Positions 8,384 through 15,370 of a stretch of 64,000 nt of DNA are shown here, piece after piece. A model generated the notes under the pieces. That model had not been told where the DNA came from and did no database searches. It was given only the letters and a program-made list of their open reading frames with translations. A program made the translations under genes and the position numbers. Location: assembly GCA_963770895.1 (NCBI GenBank), contig CAVYRF010000002.1, forward strand, positions 1-64,000, read 5' to 3'. Each line of letters begins with the position of its first letter. The first letter of the stretch is position 1. The stretch is from an uncultured Acidobacteriota bacterium. Its GTDB lineage: Bacteria; Acidobacteriota; Thermoanaerobaculia; Multivoradales; UBA5704.

Positions 8384-9759
8384 TAGATCCCTTCGTGAAT
8401 TGTGAGCTCGCAGGCGCGGGCCTTTAGCGCTGGCGCATATGTGCGGACTTTGATGATGGCCTTGACGACGTCCTGCATATCGTCGGGAGCAGAAAGCAGC
8501 ATTTGATGAGGAAACGTCACGACCTCTGCGTAGGCCTGGGCGGCGCGAGGAAGTGCAAAGCGGCTAGGCTCCAACGCGTCGCGTACTTCCTGGTTGCGAG
8601 CAGCCATCGGTGCTTTAGTTGGTACATAAAGAGGATTTGCGTTCAGCGGCGCATCAATGCCACGGATGTCTACACTCAGCTCGGCCGCAAGAGCCGGAAC
8701 GATTTCGAGAGCCGAGAGGCCAGCGAAGACTGAGCGATTCACGCGCGCGGCTAATCTGTAGTAAGTGGGTCGGTTAACATCGGCACCTGGCACTATCAGT
8801 TCGATACCGTCGATGGATGCGATGCTAGCGGCGAGCGTGTCGACACAGGTCATCCGGTGGCCATTTTCCCGATCGAGTCGGCCGAGGCCCTCAAGCAGCA
8901 GCGCGGACTGAAACTCGGTGAGGCAAAGATTCTGTCCGGCCACTTCCCCGGCGGCCCTTAGCTCGTAACCGTCAGGCGCGATAGCGTGGCGTGCGCCAAT
9001 CGCTGGCAGTTGCTCTATGTCGAGGTTATTCGCCGGCGCACTAAAAGGGTCAGAACGATACTGCCTACCGTCGGCTCGAAGTTGCTGCAACTTCGCGTAG
9101 AGCGTGGGGTCGTCGGTAACGCATAGACCACCCTCACCGCTGGTAAGCAGCTTGCTCTGCTGAGTACTAAAGACGCTGATCGCGCCGAATGATCCTATTT
9201 GACTGCCGCGCCACGTTGCGCCGTGTGCCTGGGAGGCGTCTTCGATTAGCGTGACGCCTTGTCGTTGGGCCATGTCAAGGTATGCAGCGACATCACAGAT
9301 TGAGGAATACATGTGAATCATTAGAATGGCGCGCGTCTTTGGCGTGATCGCGCGTTCGATCGTAGAGGCCGATGCGCAAAGGCTCGCGGAATCAATGTCA
9401 ACGAAAATGGGACGCGCGCCAAGTCTGGTGATCGCGGCCGGAACTGCAACCCAGGTGAGGCCAGTCAGGATGACCTCATCTCCCGGACCGACGTCGAGTG
9501 CCTGTAGCGCGATTGAGAGGGCTGCTGATCCATGCGAGCAGGCGACGCAGTACTTTCGTCCAACATAGGCCGCGAATGCTCTGCTTATCCGCCGCTCGAA
9601 GGTGTCTGGAGCGTTGGACCAACCGCTGATAGCCCATTTCCCAGAGTGGAGAACCTCAAGTACGCAGCGTTGTGTAGCAGCAGTGGCTACAGGCCATTTA
9701 GGCCACGGCCGCTGGCGGACTGGATGGCCCCCAAACAACGCGAGTTCGCTGTCCGTCAC
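8383..9759 (-). CDS. btrR: DegT/StrS PLP aminotransferase, BtrR/NeoB-like inosose aminotransferase
   Basis: VLHSGKWAISG, FERR, GLTWVA, IEDASQAHG, FSTQQSKLLTSGEGG (PLP Lys), LRADGR; TAATG coupling to the radical SAM gene. Confidence 0.82.
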   Translation of the reverse strand: MTDSELALFGGHPVRQRPWPKWPVATAATQRCVLEVLHSGKWAISGWSNAPDTFERRISRAFAAYVGRKYCVACSHGSAALSIALQALDVGPGDEVILTGLTWVAVPAAITRLGARPIFVDIDSASLCASASTIERAITPKTRAILMIHMYSSICDVAAYLDMAQRQGVTLIEDASQAHGATWRGSQIGSFGAISVFSTQQSKLLTSGEGGLCVTDDPTLYAKLQQLRADGRQYRSDPFSAPANNLDIEQLPAIGARHAIAPDGYELRAAGEVAGQNLCLTEFQSALLLEGLGRLDRENGHRMTCVDTLAASIASIDGIELIVPGADVNRPTYYRLAARVNRSVFAGLSALEIVPALAAELSVDIRGIDAPLNANPLYVPTKAPMAARNQEVRDALEPSRFALPRAAQAYAEVVTFPHQMLLSAPDDMQDVVKAIIKVRTYAPALKARACELTIHEGI

Positions 9760-9798
9760 GTGCCCTCCAGGTGCGAGGCTTGATAATTCCGAGTTATC
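9741..9798 (-). repeat. Right inverted repeat / putative recombination site containing SD and start of the aminotransferase
   Basis: 58-bp inverted copy of 2169-2227. Confidence 0.92.
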
Positions 9799-9929
9799 CC
9801 ACTCACACGGGACGGGCCGCTGTTGCTCAACGAAATAATCCAGGTAATCACCGGGTGAGACTACGTCAGCTGGTGGTCGTGGAGGCAGGTGCTTTGCAGG
9901 AGCCAGATTCCACTCTCAAGGAGAACTTC

Positions 9930-11249
9930 ATGAACCGGCAGGGTGTCCACATTAAACCTTCGCAAGGAAAGTTAGGAGTTTTGTTGGTGGGACTGGGCGC
10001 AGTCTCCACTACCTTCATCGCAGGAGTCGAGGCTGTCAAAGCCGGGCTCGGAAAGCCGATCGGTTCGCTGACGCAGATGGGGACCGTCCGCCTCGGCGAG
10101 CACTCGGATGACCGGGCGCCTCGCATCGCCGACTTCGTACCCCTTGCACACCTTGAGGATCTGGTCTTCGGCGCCTGGGATATTTTTCCCGACGACGCCT
10201 ATGCTATCGCCTGTGGGGCCAAAGTCCTCGAGCGTGGGTTGCTTGACCGGCTTCGTCCCGAGTTGGAGGCTATCCGTCCCATGAAGGGGGTTTTCAACCC
10301 TCGCTACGTCAGACGCCTCAATGGCACCCACGTCAAGGAAAATTGTAATAAGTGGGAGCTAGCCGACATGCTAAAAAGTGATATCGAGGAGTTCCAGCGC
10401 CAGCGCGGGATTCAGAGGTCGGTGATGGTCTGGTGCGGCTCAACGGAAAGTTACTTGTGCGCCTCTGAGGTCCACCAGTCCCTCGACGATTTTGAGGCAG
10501 GACTGAGGAAAAGCGACGATGCGATCCCGTCAAGCATGATCTACGCTTATGCTGCCCTGTCACTAGGAATTCCTTTTGTCAACGGTGCGCCAAACTTGAC
10601 GTTGGACGTGCCGATCTTCCGCGAGCTGGCGAAGAAACAGCTGGTTCCGATCTGCGGCAAGGACCTAAAAACCGGTCAGTCGCTGATGAAGACCATCATC
10701 GCCCCTGGCCTCAAGGCCCGACTGCTCGGCCTCGAAGGCTGGTTCTCGACGAACATCTTGGGCAACCGTGACGGTGAGGTGCTGGACGACCCCGAGTGCT
10801 TTAGGACTAAAGAGCGCAGCAAACTCTCGGTTTTGGAGCATATCCTTGAGCGTCATCTGTACCCGGATCTCTATGGCGACTTCCATCACCAGGTCCAAAT
10901 CCACTACTACCCGCCACGGGGAGACAACAAAGAGGGATGGGACAACGTTGACATCTTCGGCTGGCTCGGCTATCCGATGCAGATTAAAATCGATTTCCTT
11001 TGCCGGGACAGCATTCTGGCTGCTCCGCTTGTGCTCGACCTTGTCCTCTTTCTTGACCTCTGCCACCGCGCTGGCATGCACGGCATACAGGAGTGGCTCT
11101 CGTTTTATTTCAAGAGCCCGATGACGCCTCCGGGCCTTCATCCGGAGCACGATCTTTTTGTCCAGCTCACGAAGCTTCAAAATACTTTACGGTTCCTGAG
11201 AGGCGAGGGACAGGTCACGCACCAAGAGCTTGATTACAAACCGGAGTGA
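9930..11249 (+). CDS. ino1: myo-inositol-1-phosphate synthase
   Basis: AAGGAG SD; GLGAVSTT, VWCGSTE, NGAPN, GKDLKTGQ, TNILGNRDG, GDNKEGWD, CRDSILAAPLVLDL. Confidence 0.93.
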   Translation: MNRQGVHIKPSQGKLGVLLVGLGAVSTTFIAGVEAVKAGLGKPIGSLTQMGTVRLGEHSDDRAPRIADFVPLAHLEDLVFGAWDIFPDDAYAIACGAKVLERGLLDRLRPELEAIRPMKGVFNPRYVRRLNGTHVKENCNKWELADMLKSDIEEFQRQRGIQRSVMVWCGSTESYLCASEVHQSLDDFEAGLRKSDDAIPSSMIYAYAALSLGIPFVNGAPNLTLDVPIFRELAKKQLVPICGKDLKTGQSLMKTIIAPGLKARLLGLEGWFSTNILGNRDGEVLDDPECFRTKERSKLSVLEHILERHLYPDLYGDFHHQVQIHYYPPRGDNKEGWDNVDIFGWLGYPMQIKIDFLCRDSILAAPLVLDLVLFLDLCHRAGMHGIQEWLSFYFKSPMTPPGLHPEHDLFVQLTKLQNTLRFLRGEGQVTHQELDYKPE

Positions 11250-11321
11250 ACGCCCTGCAGCAGCTGGTGAAGAACCTGACTTCGCATCCTGACACGCGAA
11301 TGGACAGGGCGCCGGCCCGGC

Positions 11322-12641
11322 TCAGCGGGTGGCGGAGAGGTCGGCGCCTTTGGCTTCGCGGCCGGCTAGGGTGATTGCGGCGAGGAGGAGGGAGACCAGG
11401 AGGACGGTTAGGGCTAGGACGGGGGGGTAGCGGCCGGCGTAGCGGCGCTCGACTAGCTTGGCTTGGATGACGGAGTTGCGGGAGGAGAGGAGGTTGCCGA
11501 GCTGGTAGGTGAGGCCGGGGAAGGTGCCGCGGAGGCTGGGTGGGGAGAGCTCGTTGAGGTGGGCGGGGACGACGCCCCAGGCGCCTTGGACCATGAACTG
11601 CATCAGGAAGCCACCTAGGGCCAGCAGGGGGGCGGTGGTGGCGTAGGCCCACAGGGGGATGACGGGGATGGCCAGGAGGGCGGCAAGGACGATGGCGCGG
11701 CGGCGGCCCAGGCGCTCGGACCAGGCGCCGAAGCAGATGCCTCCCAGGAGGGCGCCGATGTTGTAGATCACTGCGATGGTGCCGACGGCGGCGGGCGAAA
11801 AGCCGTGGTTCTTCTCCAGGAAAGTGGGATAGAGGTCCTGGGTGCCGTGGCTCAGGGAGTTGAAGGCGAACATGAGGACGGCCAGGAAGAGAAAGGTTCC
11901 CAGGTGGGCGAGGACGCCGCTGCGCCACGGCTGCGGCGATGGGCTGGCGGTGTTGGCGGCGTTCGCGGCGTCGGCGGCATTGGCCTCGCTGAGGGCAGCG
12001 ACGGGGGACGCTTGCGGCGGGGCGAGCGCGCTTGCGGGGTCGCGGCCCTCGCGCCAGGCTGGCGATTCGTCGACTTGCGCGCGGATGTAGAGCACCAGCA
12101 GGGCTGGCAGGGCGCCGACGATGAAGAGGCCGCGCCAGCCGACGAAGGGGAAGAGGGTGCCGTAGAAGAGCGCGGCTCCCAGGTAGCCGACGACGTAGCC
12201 TTCCTGCAGGAGGCCGGAGAAAAAGCCGCGGCCTTGGGCTGGCAGGGTTTCGAAGGCTAGGGCGGCGCCGACGCCCCATTCGCCTCCCATTGCGATTCCG
12301 AAACAGGCGCGCAAGACCAGGAAGACGGGGAGGGAGGGCGCAAAGGCGGAGGCCAACTCGAAGATCGAATAGCAGACGATGTTGATCATCAGGGTGGGCC
12401 GGCGGCCGTAGCGATCGGCGAGGCGGCCGAACAGGAAGGCTCCGACTGGACGCATGGCGAGGGTCAGGAAGATTGCCTCGGCGATGGCGGAAACCTTGGT
12501 GTGAAACTCCGCGGCGATGGCGCTGACGCAGAAGACCAGGATGAAGTAGTCGAGCGCATCCAGCGACCAGCCCAGGAAGCAGGCGACAAAGGTGCGGCGC
12601 TGCGAGGGCGTGAGCCGGCGGAAGGGGCCGATGAGATCCAT
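11322..12641 (-). CDS. MFS transporter, sialate/lactate:H+ symporter (SHS) family
   Basis: GWSLDALDYF, GRLADRYGRR, GIAMGGEWG, HGTQDLYPTFL; 12 TM pattern. Confidence 0.9.
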   Translation of the reverse strand: MDLIGPFRRLTPSQRRTFVACFLGWSLDALDYFILVFCVSAIAAEFHTKVSAIAEAIFLTLAMRPVGAFLFGRLADRYGRRPTLMINIVCYSIFELASAFAPSLPVFLVLRACFGIAMGGEWGVGAALAFETLPAQGRGFFSGLLQEGYVVGYLGAALFYGTLFPFVGWRGLFIVGALPALLVLYIRAQVDESPAWREGRDPASALAPPQASPVAALSEANAADAANAANTASPSPQPWRSGVLAHLGTFLFLAVLMFAFNSLSHGTQDLYPTFLEKNHGFSPAAVGTIAVIYNIGALLGGICFGAWSERLGRRRAIVLAALLAIPVIPLWAYATTAPLLALGGFLMQFMVQGAWGVVPAHLNELSPPSLRGTFPGLTYQLGNLLSSRNSVIQAKLVERRYAGRYPPVLALTVLLVSLLLAAITLAGREAKGADLSATR

Positions 12642-12788
12642 GGGTGGTTACGCCCTCGCTTGCGTGGGGTCGATGGAGCGCCTGGGATCGGCAAAAAGCA
12701 TCGCACTTGGCTTGCCCTCGATGGCTGGGGCTGCGTTGCTCCCGGCCGGGAGTGCCGCCTTGAGGCCGGAGGGCACGCAAGGAGCCTT

Positions 12789-12811
12789 CGGATGAACCGG
12801 GCGGGACACTA
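12789..12811. repeat. Copy of a 23-bp dispersed repeat (REP/MITE-end-like)
   Basis: Minus strand tagtgtcccgcccggttcatccg resembles 14744-14766 and inverted 14698-14720. Confidence 0.55.
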
Positions 12812-13762
12812 ATCCGCTCCTGCGCCGGAGCTTTGGCGGCTGGCGACCCGGACTGGATAGGTGCCGATGGGGGTCTGCGCACCGCCGGCGGCGATGCCGG
12901 TGACGGTCAGGCGATAGTCCCCTGCCGTCAGAAAGGCGGGGGGGAAGGTGATCATCAGGACGCCCAGCGCGTTGGGATGCAGTCCGTTGCGTTGGACCAG
13001 GCGGCGGCCTGCGGCATCCTGCAAGTCGATGCCGTAGCTGGCGAAGCGCGGGTCGTCGCCGGCATCGACGGCAAGCGACAGGGGCTGTGCCGCCTGCGCC
13101 GCGGTGATGATGGGGAGCACCGCTGGCGCGTCGCGGAAAATATGGAGCAGGATGAGCGGCGCGTCGAGCAGCGGTTGGCTCCAGGACGAGCCGCCCCGCG
13201 ACGGATGCGTACCGGAGGCCAGCTGGGCTTGCAGCCGGGCGCGCTCGGCGCTGCCCTGCGCCTGGGCGGCCTGCAGCTGGTGGCTCAGCTCGTCGGCCCT
13301 GGCGTGGTCGGTTTGCCAGCGCTGCCGGTAGGCATCCGCCTGGCGTGCGGCGGCACCGGCCGCACTGGCGGCGCCGGTTGCGGCGCCGGCTTCGGCAGCG
13401 CTCGCTCCAGGCGTCCGCATGTCGCGGTCTGCGCGCCGGCCTGCCAGCCAGGCAGCTGGAATGCCCGCCGCCAACAGCAGGACCAAGGCTCCGGCGGCGC
13501 CTCGCGCCAGACGCCCGCGGCGCGCCAGCCAGGCGAAGAGGCCGGCGGCCATGAGGGCGTGCTGCGTCGCGGCGGCGACCGCCGCGTCTTCCGCGGCCAT
13601 GGCGTGGACACCGCGGGCGAAAGAGCGGGCCACGTCGAGCTCGCGGGTGCACTCGGCACAGCCGACAAAATGCTCTTCGAAGCGCGCCTCTTCGTCCGGC
13701 TCCAGCAGGCCCTGGCGGTAGCGGTCGATCAGGCCGTGCTCCTCGATGTAGGCGTGGTCCAT
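12809..13762 (-). CDS. Zinc-finger (zf-HC2) membrane anti-sigma factor
   Basis: FEEHFVGCAEC HxxxCxxC, TM helix, coiled coil, beta-rich C-domain; follows ECF sigma. Confidence 0.85.
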   Translation of the reverse strand: MDHAYIEEHGLIDRYRQGLLEPDEEARFEEHFVGCAECTRELDVARSFARGVHAMAAEDAAVAAATQHALMAAGLFAWLARRGRLARGAAGALVLLLAAGIPAAWLAGRRADRDMRTPGASAAEAGAATGAASAAGAAARQADAYRQRWQTDHARADELSHQLQAAQAQGSAERARLQAQLASGTHPSRGGSSWSQPLLDAPLILLHIFRDAPAVLPIITAAQAAQPLSLAVDAGDDPRFASYGIDLQDAAGRRLVQRNGLHPNALGVLMITFPPAFLTAGDYRLTVTGIAAGGAQTPIGTYPVRVASRQSSGAGAD

Positions 13763-13779
13763 AGGCTCTCGCCTCGCCG

Positions 13780-14619
13780 TCAGGCGCGCGACTCCACGGG
13801 AGGCACCGCCGCGGTCTTCGGCGGCATGGCAGGGACCGTCGGGATGGTCGGGATGGCTGCCTGGGTCGGGAAGGCTGGCCGGGCAGGCCAGGGCGAGGCG
13901 GCGCCCAGCCGTCCCGCGCTCGCCGCGCCCGCAGGCCGCTCCGCGCGCGCCGCTCTGGACGCGTGGCTGGCTGCCGCCGCGGCGAGCGCGGCGACCGCGA
14001 CCGTGGCGACCAGCAGGAGGGCGGTGCGGAGGGCCGCGGCCGGGTTGCGGGCGAGGTGCGCCGCGAGCAGCTCCTTGTAGCGCTGGCGGGCGCGATGGAG
14101 GACGCGGTTGAACTGCAGGGCGGTGAGGCCGAAGTCGGCGGCGATGCGGTCGCGGTCTTCTTCGGCCAGGTAGAAGCGCAGCAGCACCTGGCGGTCGCGA
14201 TCGTTGCCCAGCTCGGCGATCACCCGCCGCACCAGGGCCGCGTTTTCGCGCGCCAGGACTTCGCTCAGCTGGCCGGTGCCTTCGGCCGCGACCTCCGCGA
14301 CGGCGTCGCTGTCGGCTTCTGTGCGCCGCCGCGTCGCCTTGCGGTAGTGCTCGATGGCCAGGTTGCGGGCGATCTGGGCGAGAAAGCCGGGGAGCTTTTC
14401 GGCCTCCCTCAGCTCGCCGCGCCGCAGCTTTTCGAGCGCCACGCGGAAGGTGTCTTGAAACAGGTCTTCGGCTTCCGGCCGGCCGCTGGTGTGGCGGTCG
14501 AGGAGCAGCGCGACACCGCGGCCGAAGAGCGCCACCATCTGCTCTTCGGCGGCCCGGTCCCCCACCGCGATGCGCCCGGCAAGGTCGCTTACTTGGACCT
14601 GCTCCGCGTCGATCTGCAT
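13780..14619 (-). CDS. ECF sigma factor with hydrophobic C-terminal extension
   Basis: AEDLFQDTF (region 2), IARNLAIEHYRK, region 4 VLHRARQRYKE; start taken at MQIDAEQ. Confidence 0.88.
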   Translation of the reverse strand: MQIDAEQVQVSDLAGRIAVGDRAAEEQMVALFGRGVALLLDRHTSGRPEAEDLFQDTFRVALEKLRRGELREAEKLPGFLAQIARNLAIEHYRKATRRRTEADSDAVAEVAAEGTGQLSEVLARENAALVRRVIAELGNDRDRQVLLRFYLAEEDRDRIAADFGLTALQFNRVLHRARQRYKELLAAHLARNPAAALRTALLLVATVAVAALAAAAASHASRAARAERPAGAASAGRLGAASPWPARPAFPTQAAIPTIPTVPAMPPKTAAVPPVESRA

Positions 14620-14697
14620 GTCGTCGTTACCCGGAAAGCAGCGGCTGTTTCCTGTTCGAGAAGCCGCATGCCAGTGGCCCAACCAGGCGGGATACTG

Positions 14698-14764
14698 GTG
14701 CCCCGCCCGGTTCATTCGCATGGTAGTCGCGCTGCAATCCGTGCGAATGAATCGGACGGGACAC
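14698..14764. repeat. 23-bp imperfect inverted repeat (hairpin) upstream of the ECF gene
   Basis: gtgccccgcccggttcattcgca ... tgcgaatgaatcggacgggacac; 3 differences, 2 of them G-U pairs in the minus-strand RNA. Confidence 0.7.
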
Positions 14765-14784
14765 TAGCATGCCCGGCGCCTCGC

Positions 14785-15261
14785 CTATCGCGCCGGGGCG
14801 CCGGCGCCTCCGGGTCTCTTTCCGGTGGCTTCAAAAGGTGCAGGCGGCGGGTTGCCGTCGGCGCCCCAGACCCCCACCTGGTCGGGATCGCCGATGGTCG
14901 TCGAGGCGTAGATGGACAGGTAGGTGCCGCCGTCGAGCAGCTGGGCCTCGGCCAGCGAGATGTAGATGCGCAGCGGCCGCTGTTGGTAAAAGCCGAAGCC
15001 TCGCAGGGTGCCGCGGCTGAAGACGAGCAGCAGCGGTTCCTGGTCGGAGGAGGCCGAGCTGAGGATCGGGTTGCCGTTCGGGTCGAGCAGCGAGAAGCCG
15101 ACGCAGACCTCGTAGTCCTCGGACAGCTGCGGCGCCGGCGCGCCGTCGGCGACGCCCGTGCCGATGAGCATCGTGCAGTTGGTTTGCACGAAGGGGGCCT
15201 CGCCCGATACCCATTGAACGTACCACTTGCCAATGAAGGGTGCGACGGTTTCAACGGCCAT
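14785..15261 (-). CDS. Hypothetical protein (158 aa, beta-rich)
   Basis: AAAGGAG SD, host-like codon usage, in the CHAT-ECF operon. Confidence 0.75.
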   Translation of the reverse strand: MAVETVAPFIGKWYVQWVSGEAPFVQTNCTMLIGTGVADGAPAPQLSEDYEVCVGFSLLDPNGNPILSSASSDQEPLLLVFSRGTLRGFGFYQQRPLRIYISLAEAQLLDGGTYLSIYASTTIGDPDQVGVWGADGNPPPAPFEATGKRPGGAGAPAR

Positions 15262-15370
15262 GACGGTGGCTCCTTTCGTTCATTCATGCCTCCAGCAGCT
15301 AAGTGTGATCAGAAGCGCGGACATCGCACCGACTGCCCCGCACGGGCTCGGCTGGGCGCGGCCGGGTTCC

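Larger units (their letters stand above)
1211..11300. mobile_element. Recombinase-associated genomic island
   Basis: Recombinase plus about 9 kb of visibly lower GC and non-host codon usage; boundaries approximate, no flanking direct repeat found. Confidence 0.7.

Noticed and set aside
2230-9740. Integron-like array with further GATAA-N7-TTATC sites
   Set aside because: Manual scan found only two full sites; aataa-tccagg-taatc at 9834-9849 is too degenerate
9771-9929. N-terminal extension of ino1 starting inside the repeat
   Set aside because: AAGGAG SD and family start at 9930
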